A stretch of 64,000 bases of DNA from an uncultured Streptococcus sp. (GTDB lineage Bacteria; Bacillota; Bacilli; Lactobacillales; Streptococcaceae), in the NCBI GenBank assembly GCA_963554405.1, contig CAUVRI010000002.1:27319-91318 (forward strand), in the 5' to 3' direction. Positions 8,371 through 16,845 of the stretch are shown here, in pieces (position 1 is the first letter of the stretch; every line of letters begins with the position of its first letter). Made by a program: the position numbers and the translations under genes. The notes beneath the pieces are model-generated. The model was not told where the DNA came from, ran no database searches, and was given only the letters and a program-made list of their open reading frames with translations.

Positions 8371-9336
8371 ATGAAAGAAGCAGAAACAGTAAGCCAGCTC
8401 GACAATATCCAGATCAATTTTGAACCTGCCAAGGTCGCATTTAGTGACTTTGGAGCGTTCGAGGCTGGGATTGAACAAGCTATTGCTAAATACGGGACAT
8501 TTGACCTTGAAGTCAACACGATCGAAGAAGTCAAACAAGCACGGACTGACTTGAACAAGTTAAGTCAGAGCCTAGAAGAACGTCGCAAGGAAATCAAGGG
8601 TAAAATCAATGAGCCTTATGCAGAATTTGAGAAAGCCTACAAAGCACCTTATAGCAAATTAAAAGGTTTGATCGATACCTTAAAACAGCAGATTGATGGC
8701 TACGAGGAAAACCAGAAAGCCTTACGAAAAGATGCGGTGCGTAACTGGTTTAAAGAGAAAGCTCTTGAGGGCAATCTAAACCCAGAAATCTTTGAGCAAT
8801 ATCTGGACGGTTATACTAAAGCTGGACAATTTAAAAAGGACAGCTTCCAAATCTTGAAGAAAACAGAAACAGAGTTAGAAGCTATTGTACTTGCCGAATT
8901 GCAAAAACAAAATCAGAAAGACCAAGACATTTCAATTATCAGCAGTCAGTGCGCCACTCACAACATCGGGCCAGCTACTTATATTCGGGCCTATGAAAGC
9001 GGTCAGACACTATCAGAGGTGCTCGACAGTATCAATGCAGATATCGAGAGCGCCAAGCTATTCAAGGAGCGCCAAGAAGCACAGAAGCGAGCAGAAGAAG
9101 AACGCAAGGCAGAAATTGAGCGTATGGCTAAAGAGCAAGCAGAAGCAAGTATCAAGGCTTACGATGCAGAAACTGGCGAAGTTATCGAAGATGAACCCAA
9201 ACCAGATCCAGCAAATAGTAAATACGTTACTACTATCAAGTTTTGGTTTGATCTTGAGCAAGCGAAACAATTTAAAGAGTGGTTAGACACTCATGATATC
9301 AAATTTGAAACAGTGGAAGGAATGAAGAAAGTATGA
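8371..9336 (+). CDS. DUF1351-type phage protein
   Basis: [10 protein letters not shown]...RKEIK...PY.EFE motif; ATG 8371 after AAGGAG. Confidence 0.75.
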   Translation: MKEAETVSQLDNIQINFEPAKVAFSDFGAFEAGIEQAIAKYGTFDLEVNTIEEVKQARTDLNKLSQSLEERRKEIKGKINEPYAEFEKAYKAPYSKLKGLIDTLKQQIDGYEENQKALRKDAVRNWFKEKALEGNLNPEIFEQYLDGYTKAGQFKKDSFQILKKTETELEAIVLAELQKQNQKDQDISIISSQCATHNIGPATYIRAYESGQTLSEVLDSINADIESAKLFKERQEAQKRAEEERKAEIERMAKEQAEASIKAYDAETGEVIEDEPKPDPANSKYVTTIKFWFDLEQAKQFKEWLDTHDIKFETVEGMKKV

Positions 9337-9749
9337 TCAATAATGTGACACTTGTGGGTCGTATGACTCGGGAAGCAGAGCTCAGATACACCCCGCAAAA
9401 TCAAGCTGTTGCGACATTCTCACTCGCTGTGAACCGTGATTTTAAAAACCAAAACGGAGAGCGTGAAGCAGATTTTATTAACTGCGTGATCTGGCGACAG
9501 CAAGCAGAAAATTTGGCGAACTGGGCCAAGAAAGGGGCTTTGATTGGGATCACAGGGCGGATCCAGACACGAAACTATGAGAACCAACAAGGGCAACGGG
9601 TCTATGTGACCGAAGTTGTAGCCGAAAAATTCCAGCTATTGGAATTTAACAAGCAGAACGATCAAGGCCATTCGCAAGGAAACAGCCAGTCAGATTTTGC
9701 ACGACAGGCAGAACCTATAGACATCTCAAGCGAAGATCTTCCATTCTGA
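9333..9749 (+). CDS. ssb: Phage single-stranded DNA-binding protein
   Basis: [13 protein letters not shown]...[11 protein letters not shown]...DLPF tail. Confidence 0.96.
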   Translation: MINNVTLVGRMTREAELRYTPQNQAVATFSLAVNRDFKNQNGEREADFINCVIWRQQAENLANWAKKGALIGITGRIQTRNYENQQGQRVYVTEVVAEKFQLLEFNKQNDQGHSQGNSQSDFARQAEPIDISSEDLPF

Positions 9750-9760
9750 GGTGTTGAAGA

Positions 9761-10198
9761 ATGATTAAATTAACAATACCTATCGAACCGAAAGCCCAAA
9801 CCCGCCCGAAATTCGGGCGAGGTGGGGCATACGAAGATCCAAAAATGAAAACGTGGCGCAATTCTGCAACATACCTGATTAAAAGTCTATATAAGGGTGA
9901 GAAGTTACAAGGCTATCTAAAGACAGAAGTCACGTTTTATCTGAAAGCGCCTCAAGTCGTATCAAAGAAACCCACACCAAAAGCTAAAGCGAAAACGTGG
10001 GAACGATACGAACGATTCTTAAATGAGAAAATCTATTGCGCCAAAAAGCCAGATCTTGACAATCTGGAAAAGGCAATATATGACAGCATCTCAGATGCCA
10101 ACTGCGTTTGGTGGGACGATAACCAAGTTGTAGAGCATACAACCAGAAAGGTGTACTCACCAAATCCACGAATTGAAATAAAAATCAAAAAATTTTAG
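9761..10198 (+). CDS. rusA: RusA-family Holliday junction resolvase
   Basis: KPDLDNLEKAIYD...W.DDNQVV motif. Confidence 0.9.
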   Translation: MIKLTIPIEPKAQTRPKFGRGGAYEDPKMKTWRNSATYLIKSLYKGEKLQGYLKTEVTFYLKAPQVVSKKPTPKAKAKTWERYERFLNEKIYCAKKPDLDNLEKAIYDSISDANCVWWDDNQVVEHTTRKVYSPNPRIEIKIKKF

Positions 10199-10210
10199 GA
10201 GATAACAACA

Positions 10211-11854
10211 ATGAACAAAAAATTAGTTTTAGCAACAGTAGCAACAATCGCAGCAATCGGAACAGCACAAGGAGTATGTGCAGATGAAGTACAAGGAATA
10301 ACTGGAACAGGAAATGAAACAAGCGCAGTTACAGCTCCAAACGCTGGAACAACTGGAACAGAAAAAAATGAAACAGCGCAGGCTGATAAACAATCAACTG
10401 CTGAAATTGCAAATGCAGAAGCAAGAAGCACAAGCAACAATTCAAACCAATCGGGAAATGCTACACAATTTACAAAAGATGGGACCGATATTCAAGTAAC
10501 TAATCCAGAAGTTGTAGTTGACCAGTCAAACGGAAACGGGAAATATCAAGGTTTTACAGTCGAATATAAAAACGTACATTTCCCAGATGAAATGGAGATT
10601 AACGAGGGCGATAAGGTTAAATTTACACTCCCCGAAGAAGTGAAATTCCAGACTAACTTTGACTTTGACGTATACAATCCCGAAAAACAAGTGGTTGGTA
10701 AAGCTACTACAGATACAGCAAGCAATACAGTTACTACTGTATTTAACAACTACTTCAAAGATCATCCACTTAATAAGCAGATGAGCCTCAAGCTGGATGC
10801 TACATGGACTGACAAAGTAGAATCGGGTAAACCAGTAACAGCTAACTTTAACGGTACGCTAGTTACTGCACAAATTGGGGCGGAGCAGGTTATTGGTAAA
10901 GACGAACTCATCTCGAAATGGGGAAGTCAAGACGAAAAAGACCCAACCATCATTAATTGGACTGCTCGTGTGAACTATGCTAAACGTGTGTTGAACTATG
11001 TAACTATCATCGATGAGATGAGCGAGAATCAAAAGTTGGTAGATGATTATTTTGAAATCAAGAACATTGAAAGTGTAGATCCGTGGATTGATAAAGGATC
11101 AGCTATGGATTTAGTAAAATCAATTAGCAAGTCTGAACATGGATTTACAATCAAGATGGATCGTCTTGATCGTATGATTTATGTTAACTACAAAACTAAA
11201 TTGACTAACACGGTTAAAGATAGCGTGAACCCAACCAATAAGATTGAGTTAAAAGCTGAATCTGACGGTGCTGTTTCATATAGTTATGTACAGTTGGTCG
11301 GAGGTCGTGGTGATGCCAGCGGTGAGAATAAACCAGTATGGGAAATTCCAAATGACGCTCCGAAATACGAGAAACCATCTATCGACTTAAACGATATTCC
11401 TCTTATGCCTCCTGCGCCTATCGTAGAAATTCCAGAGTGGAAAGGTGGGGTGACACCTCCAGATGCACCAAGTATTGATAAACCAGAGTGGAATGGTGGT
11501 ACAGTTCCATTTGACGCTCCTATTTTGGAAAAACCAGAGATCAATATTGAGGATATTCCATTGTTACCACCAGCACCTATTTTGGATAAGCCAGAACTTA
11601 TCATTGACTTACCACAACCTAAACCAAACACACCTACAGTTACGACAGATAAACTTACTACAATCAATTCTAAGCCATCTAAAACGACCGTAGAGCCTCA
11701 GAAAGAGCAAGTGAATGTTATTTATCAACCTACTGAAACAAACGCTCATACGCTCCCTAATACAGGTACAGAAAGCAGTCTTGTATTATCATTCGCTGGT
11801 ATGTTCATCTTGGGTGGCATGGCACGAATCGCCCTTAAACGTGAGGGTGAATAA
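10211..11854 (+). CDS. Phage-encoded sortase-anchored surface protein (Ig-like/MSCRAMM-type domains, Pro-rich stalk, LPNTG)
   Basis: Signal peptide; GDKVKFTLP and INWTARVN Ig-like motifs; PxxP repeats; LPNTG followed by TM helix and basic tail. Confidence 0.88.
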   Translation: MNKKLVLATVATIAAIGTAQGVCADEVQGITGTGNETSAVTAPNAGTTGTEKNETAQADKQSTAEIANAEARSTSNNSNQSGNATQFTKDGTDIQVTNPEVVVDQSNGNGKYQGFTVEYKNVHFPDEMEINEGDKVKFTLPEEVKFQTNFDFDVYNPEKQVVGKATTDTASNTVTTVFNNYFKDHPLNKQMSLKLDATWTDKVESGKPVTANFNGTLVTAQIGAEQVIGKDELISKWGSQDEKDPTIINWTARVNYAKRVLNYVTIIDEMSENQKLVDDYFEIKNIESVDPWIDKGSAMDLVKSISKSEHGFTIKMDRLDRMIYVNYKTKLTNTVKDSVNPTNKIELKAESDGAVSYSYVQLVGGRGDASGENKPVWEIPNDAPKYEKPSIDLNDIPLMPPAPIVEIPEWKGGVTPPDAPSIDKPEWNGGTVPFDAPILEKPEINIEDIPLLPPAPILDKPELIIDLPQPKPNTPTVTTDKLTTINSKPSKTTVEPQKEQVNVIYQPTETNAHTLPNTGTESSLVLSFAGMFILGGMARIALKREGE

Positions 11855-12213
11855 TGTCACTGATAGATCAATTCTTTGAGGAATACGACAACCTCATGGT
11901 GAAATACGGTGGTGTTAGTAATTTCTTTACTATCCTTGGTGATAAACGTGTGAGTGGATATATCAACCGCTCACGAAGAGACGACACGATGCCACCACCT
12001 ACGCAATTAAAACACTTTGAGAATTATATGGATAATCAATTTCTGTTGGAGTGTATGCAATACTATGGTGATAACTATCCAGAGAAGATGACCATTAAGA
12101 TGGACATGGCATTAGATGACTTCATTATTAGACATCGCCTGAAAGGCCGAAGAAAGAAACGTGAATTATCCGTACAACTAACGCTAGAACGTGCATGGTC
12201 GCTAGGTGCTTAA
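11854..12213 (+). CDS. Hypothetical phage protein
   Basis: 119-aa ORF translationally coupled to the previous gene (TAATG). Confidence 0.75.
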   Translation: MSLIDQFFEEYDNLMVKYGGVSNFFTILGDKRVSGYINRSRRDDTMPPPTQLKHFENYMDNQFLLECMQYYGDNYPEKMTIKMDMALDDFIIRHRLKGRRKKRELSVQLTLERAWSLGA

Positions 12214-12755
12214 TGTAAGACTGGCAGATTTTAAACGGTCTGCTAGTCATAACCTCACAAACTAAAATATTATACACTGATGCCGAAGCAAGTGAGGCGC
12301 TTCGAACCGAATCGTGATAAAACTACTGGTTTTATGCCTTAACACACGATTCAAAAATGTATATCAACCTATAAATAAATAAAGGAGAGTCCTTTCTTAA
12401 TGTGTTTACATACAAGTAAGTCTGATATACGCTTACGACCAGATCAACAAAATAATGATAATTCATAGCAGTGCTGTTGATCCACTGCGGGTTATGTCGG
12501 TTCGAGGGGTGGAAGCCTCGGAAGGTTCGACTCCTTCCATAATCTTTAGGGCGGGTTTAGGACTCCTTATGATACATTCTTTTATTTCATGCTATCGACC
12601 CGTCCCGATAGCTGGCCAGTTGTAGTAAATAGGGTGGCGCAACTCCACCCGCTGGCCATTGCTCACTATAAATTTAGAAAGGCCCTCTTATCTAGTTTTT
12701 CTAAGAAGGGGAGCAGAGCAACTCCCCTATTTTAGTAAAGTAGATAGAGATTATT
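12214..12755 (+). ncRNA. Candidate structured non-coding RNA array with tRNA-like mini-elements
   Basis: At least 9 consecutive stems in a 540-bp ORF-free gap; T-arm GAAGG-TTCGACT-CCTTC at 12521-12537. Confidence 0.5.
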
Positions 12756-13412
12756 ATGGATATTGATTTAATCAAGCGATCAATTCGACTGGATCGACAG
12801 CGTTTGCAAGATACGAGTAGCGACTTACTCATACAAAAAAACATTGGTAAAACCGCAGTGATTGGAAGATTACGGGCAATCAAAGAAAGGATTAATAAAA
12901 ATATTATGGCATTAGAAAAAGAATTAGTAACGCTAACGAAGAAATGGTTTGTGGATCGTGATTTAGAACACGGTGGGCGATTAGACAAACAGGCTCTCAA
13001 ATTAAGTGAGGAGTTTGGCGAGCTATGCGCTGGATATCTAAAGCAAAATGAAAAGCTAACAAAAGACAGCATCGGTGATTGTGCGGTCGTGATCGTAGGG
13101 CTTGCTCTTTTGATTGATGTAGACGTACATAGTATCTTTAAGAGTGCAGATGGTGTTAGACCAAAAGAAACAATGGAAAGTTTTAAATTGCTGAATGCAA
13201 ACATTTCAGAGTTCCAGTTGTCACAGGATTTGGCAAGCAAAGAAATGTGCCGTCATAATCTAGTACGTGCGGTAGCTTATCTAAAATCTATTAGTAAGGC
13301 ACTTAACTACGACTTTGCAGATTGCTTTGAGATCGCATATAACGAAATTAAAGATCGAAAAGGTCGCTGGATCAATGGGGCGTTTGTTAAAGAGGAGGAT
13401 CTTCCGAAATGA
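12756..13412 (+). CDS. MazG-like NTP pyrophosphohydrolase
   Basis: W..DR.L...Q.LKL.EE.GEL...DSIGD and AYNEIKDRKGR..NG.FVKEEDL motifs. Confidence 0.82.
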   Translation: MDIDLIKRSIRLDRQRLQDTSSDLLIQKNIGKTAVIGRLRAIKERINKNIMALEKELVTLTKKWFVDRDLEHGGRLDKQALKLSEEFGELCAGYLKQNEKLTKDSIGDCAVVIVGLALLIDVDVHSIFKSADGVRPKETMESFKLLNANISEFQLSQDLASKEMCRHNLVRAVAYLKSISKALNYDFADCFEIAYNEIKDRKGRWINGAFVKEEDLPK

Positions 13413-13939
13413 ATATACAAGAATTGATTGAAAAAATAAATGAAATTGCTACTGAAACACCTTTCCCAAATGCTAAAATCGTGGATCACTCGGAAGTGAT
13501 TGAACTGATTAAACAACTAGACAAACCGCAGAAAGTCCAAGTCCCGCTGATTGTAGCTGATTGGATTGAGGCTTGTAAAGAACATCTACCAATTGGTCTA
13601 CATACTGCTATGAATCCAAACTTTATGAAGCAAAACAACCAAAGTTCTGATCTGATGTTATGGATTAAAAAGAGTAGTAATCAAGAAATCTTTGCTCAAG
13701 CGTGGATTTTCGGCTACACAGTCGAGAAAGAAAAGCGGTATTATGTAAGTTTTAAAGGGATGGAAAGTGGTGATTTTAATTACTTAAACTTTATCAAATT
13801 TCAACACGCTTGGGTGTTATCGTCTTTAAAAATCGATAAGAAATTTCGTACAGAACACACAAAAAAACAGCTCGAAGAGGCCGGTTTTGGCTGGGTGTTC
13901 GATTGTGAGGGGATCAAAATTGAGGAGGTGGAAGAATGA
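13409..13939 (+). CDS. DUF1642-type phage protein
   Basis: VQVP..VADWIE...FAQAWIFGYTVEKEKRY motif. Confidence 0.8.
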   Translation: MNIQELIEKINEIATETPFPNAKIVDHSEVIELIKQLDKPQKVQVPLIVADWIEACKEHLPIGLHTAMNPNFMKQNNQSSDLMLWIKKSSNQEIFAQAWIFGYTVEKEKRYYVSFKGMESGDFNYLNFIKFQHAWVLSSLKIDKKFRTEHTKKQLEEAGFGWVFDCEGIKIEEVEE

Positions 13940-14214
13940 TTATTAAAGATTATAAATACGAAAATTCAACAGATGGAATTCATTACATAATAGATGTAGA
14001 TGGTTACGAATTTGAAATGAATCACACAAGAACAGAGTACGGCAGCGTTCAACATGACGACATAGAATATTTTTTAGATGAAATTGCTGAATACGATATG
14101 CAAGAAGCGGAATTGATTGAAGATTTTGTAAGATTTCAAAGTTACTTGTTGATGTATGGAGTTGGATTTGTTTTTAAAAATGCTGAGGAGGTGCAAGATG
14201 ATTCCGAAATTTAG
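13936..14214 (+). CDS. Hypothetical acidic phage protein
   Basis: 92-aa ORF with GGAGG RBS and coupled start. Confidence 0.7.
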   Translation: MIIKDYKYENSTDGIHYIIDVDGYEFEMNHTRTEYGSVQHDDIEYFLDEIAEYDMQEAELIEDFVRFQSYLLMYGVGFVFKNAEEVQDDSEI

Positions 14215-14611
14215 AGGGTTATCCATTGACGAAAGCAGCAAAGGAGAATGGCAATATGGTTATCTGATTGAAGACAATGGACAATCCTTTATTATCAACG
14301 AAGTGCTAGAAGCTAACGAGCAATACATTACTATTGGCTCTTGGTGTCCTATTGATCAAAAAACAGTTGGGCAATCAACAGGCTTGCATGATAAGAACGG
14401 TAAGGAGATTTTTGAAAAGGATATCCTTGATTATAATGGCAGAAAAGTTATTGTAAAACGGCATGGCTCTTATGCTGGTTTTATCTATGAGTTTGTAGAC
14501 GAATTGAAAAATAGAACAACAGAATGGCAACCGCTATTTCTCTCTTATTATCACTTTGAAATCATCGGCAACGTCTACGAAAATCCAGAATTGCTGGAGG
14601 TAACAGAATGA
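14198..14611 (+). CDS. YopX-family protein
   Basis: MIPKFR start, GQSTGLHDKNGKEIFE.DI and EIIGNVYENPELL. Confidence 0.88.
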   Translation: MIPKFRGLSIDESSKGEWQYGYLIEDNGQSFIINEVLEANEQYITIGSWCPIDQKTVGQSTGLHDKNGKEIFEKDILDYNGRKVIVKRHGSYAGFIYEFVDELKNRTTEWQPLFLSYYHFEIIGNVYENPELLEVTE

Positions 14612-14706
14612 CATTAGAACAGTTCCTTAAATCTTTATCAATGTTAATGTGGGCTTCATACTGGTCAGTGATTTTTTTCAAGACCTTTATGAATAACAAA
14701 GATTAG
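14608..14706 (+). CDS. Small membrane peptide (32 aa)
   Basis: GGAGG RBS; ATGA overlap; hydrophobic core. Confidence 0.5.
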   Translation: MTLEQFLKSLSMLMWASYWSVIFFKTFMNNKD

Positions 14707-14717
14707 GAGGTATAAAA

Positions 14718-14876
14718 ATGAATCAAGTAGTATGTCCAAATTGCTACTCAACATCAACAAAACATCATCATACTGATTGGCGACATATTGATAATTCAAC
14801 AGGCGAGACAAAACCAGTAAGTATTATGCTTTGCTTAGACTGTAAAACACTATTTATTGATGATCGACCTTGGTAA
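14718..14876 (+). CDS. Small zinc-ribbon protein (52 aa)
   Basis: AGGAGG RBS; CPNC...CLDC. Confidence 0.7.
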   Translation: MNQVVCPNCYSTSTKHHHTDWRHIDNSTGETKPVSIMLCLDCKTLFIDDRPW

Positions 14877-14902
14877 AACAAAATATATAAAGGAGTAACA
14901 AA

Positions 14903-15034
14903 ATGAGACCAAACAGATACCCATACACTAAAAATCAATGGGAAGAAGAAACAACGCTGGTATGTTTTGGGGATGATACCAGCGTTAAACTGAGAGTAGA
15001 AAGAAATAGAATAACGGGGGAAACGAAACAATGA
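14903..15034 (+). CDS. Small hypothetical protein (43 aa, MRPNRYPY...)
   Basis: AAGGAG RBS. Confidence 0.6.
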   Translation: MRPNRYPYTKNQWEEETTLVCFGDDTSVKLRVERNRITGETKQ

Positions 15035-15210
15035 AGATTGTGTTCCGATTAAAAAACGGTGATAGAATTGAAAGAATTGGATGTGATGAAAATGATATGG
15101 AAAGACTGGCAAGCCAATTTAATAATGGGGAACTGCTGTATGTTAGTAATCTCTGTGTCAACCCTAAAGAAGTAGTCTGTTTTATTGGATACGGAAGTGG
15201 GGAAAACTAA
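15031..15210 (+). CDS. Small hypothetical protein (59 aa, MKIVFRLKNG...)
   Basis: ATGA overlap with the previous ORF; GGGGG RBS. Confidence 0.6.
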   Translation: MKIVFRLKNGDRIERIGCDENDMERLASQFNNGELLYVSNLCVNPKEVVCFIGYGSGEN

Positions 15211-15317
15211 TGGACTTACAAAACTTAATCTATTTATTACTCGCACTGGTCTGGCTCACTGGTTTGATCTGGGCTGGTGTGATTGCGTTTAAAAATAGAA
15301 AGGATAAGCATGACTAA
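15210..15317 (+). CDS. Small membrane peptide (35 aa)
   Basis: TAATG coupling; single TM helix with basic tail. Confidence 0.55.
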   Translation: MDLQNLIYLLLALVWLTGLIWAGVIAFKNRKDKHD

Positions 15318-15585
15318 AATATTTTATACGATCCTCGCATCAGTATCGCTGGTATTTATGATCGTGTGTATTAACTTAAACTCACGGATTGAAAGTCTTA
15401 ATAAACGTGTGAGCGATCTGGAATGGACGGTACAAGAACATGAGTTATCTATCCAGCGGTTGGCAGAAAAGAATAATGCGCAGGATGTGATTTTGAATAA
15501 ACTGAACAGCGAGTATCAGATGCGTGAGAGACAACGTGCGGAAGAAGTTAAGGAGGCTGCTGAGAGAAACGGAGTGGGTGGTTAA
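15310..15585 (+). CDS. Hypothetical protein with N-terminal TM helix and coiled coil
   Basis: AAGGA RBS before ATG 15310. Confidence 0.7.
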   Translation: MTKIFYTILASVSLVFMIVCINLNSRIESLNKRVSDLEWTVQEHELSIQRLAEKNNAQDVILNKLNSEYQMRERQRAEEVKEAAERNGVGG

Positions 15586-15587
15586 AA

Positions 15588-15785
15588 ATGATTAGAGCAA
15601 AGTTATTTAAAGGATGCGAGTACGCAACTGCTGCGGAGCAACTGGAAAGTTTTATCAACAATAGTTCGATTAATGAAATCATCAGTATTGTTAAAACTAA
15701 AAGCCATCAATGGGAAGAAGGATTTGATTTAACACAAACCTATGTTACCGAACTACTACTTATCTATCGTGAGGGTGACGAATGA
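15588..15785 (+). CDS. Hypothetical phage protein
   Basis: 65-aa ORF within the operon. Confidence 0.65.
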   Translation: MIRAKLFKGCEYATAAEQLESFINNSSINEIISIVKTKSHQWEEGFDLTQTYVTELLLIYREGDE

Positions 15786-16201
15786 ACATAGCAAGTAGAT
15801 TGAATAGATTAAAATACATTGATCTGAAGATTAAATCCAAACAACAGGAAATAGTCGCAATTAGATCATCAGTATTGAAAGCGCAAGTTTACTCTGATGA
15901 ACCAAAAGGAGGCAATATAGGGAATAGCACGGAAGACAAGGCTGTTAAAATTATCGACAAAACAGATGACATCAAGCACGAAATCAACTTGCTAATGAAT
16001 GAAAAATTAGAAATGGCTCAATTGATAGATAGTCTTGAAGATCCACTAGAAAGCATTGTACTAAGGCTATTCTTCATTAACGGTTATAGCTGGAATGAGG
16101 TCATACGTGAGTTGCATTATTCACGAGGGACAATCCAAAAAGCGAGAAAGTCGGGAATTAAAAATTTAAGCCAAAAAAGTGTACGGATTGAACAACATTG
16201 A
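15782..16201 (+). CDS. Late transcriptional activator (ArpU/RinA-like)
   Basis: Sigma4-like C-terminal HTH (SWNEVIRELHYSRGT); last gene before terS. Confidence 0.8.
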   Translation: MNIASRLNRLKYIDLKIKSKQQEIVAIRSSVLKAQVYSDEPKGGNIGNSTEDKAVKIIDKTDDIKHEINLLMNEKLEMAQLIDSLEDPLESIVLRLFFINGYSWNEVIRELHYSRGTIQKARKSGIKNLSQKSVRIEQH

Positions 16202-16220
16202 ACTTTTAAAGTGGTATTAT
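16187..16220 (+). promoter_or_regulatory. Putative late promoter with activator-binding direct repeats
   Basis: ATTGAAC x2 at a 10-bp period (16187, 16197); extended -10 TG-g-TATTAT at 16212-16220. Confidence 0.55.
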
Positions 16221-16407
16221 GGTAGTACGGACAAGTGGAGCAAGACATCTACTCTAAGCAGTTTGAGCGTTTTTTAAAAGTTTTATCTCCAATGAACATT
16301 TTGATGGTTTTTCACGTCACTTGCCCCTTGTCTTTCTTATTTGATACCAACGGGATCGGATTTAAACCGATCTTTTTTTATTTTTTTAACGAAAGGGGTG
16401 ATGGAAA

Positions 16408-16845
16408 ATCAATAAATTGTCACTAAAACAGCAACGTTTTGCAGATGAGTACATCATCAGCGGAAACATTGAGAAATCAGCATTAAAGGCTGGTTACTCT
16501 AAAACTTATTCTCGTAGTCAGTCGCACAAACTCTTGGCCAATGTTGGCATTAAAGCATATATAGACGAACGTTTGAAACTCCTCGAATCCGAGAAGATTG
16601 CAACGCAAGATGAAGTTTTGCAATACCTAACCGCTATCATGCGAGGAGAGGAACAAGAAAAAACACTCATCAGCATTGGTGAACTCGGTCAAGAGATTGT
16701 CGATATTGATGTATGTGCCAAAGATAGAATCAAGGCTGCAGAACTTCTTGGCAAACGATTCAGGATGTGGACAGAGAAAGTAGAAACTGACATCACACAA
16801 GCAGTTGTGATTGATGTGGGTGAATGGGATGACGATCAAACTTAA
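16408..16845 (+). CDS. terS: Terminase small subunit (start at ATC 16408 or TTG 16417)
   Basis: KQQRFADEYI...A.KAGYS and KDRIKAAELLGK motifs. Confidence 0.9.
   Translation: MNKLSLKQQRFADEYIISGNIEKSALKAGYSKTYSRSQSHKLLANVGIKAYIDERLKLLESEKIATQDEVLQYLTAIMRGEEQEKTLISIGELGQEIVDIDVCAKDRIKAAELLGKRFRMWTEKVETDITQAVVIDVGEWDDDQT

Noticed and set aside
12489..12545. Canonical tRNA gene
   Set aside because: No D-arm, an 8-nt non-canonical anticodon loop and only ~57 nt; kept as a tRNA-like element instead
16219..16225. Third ATGGTAG copy as an att site
   Set aside because: Internal to the phage late-promoter region with no arm repeats; a 7-mer recurs by chance, which is also why att confidence is moderate
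16235..16426. 63-aa ORF in the late leader
   Set aside because: GTG start without an RBS; runs through a terminator and T-tracts
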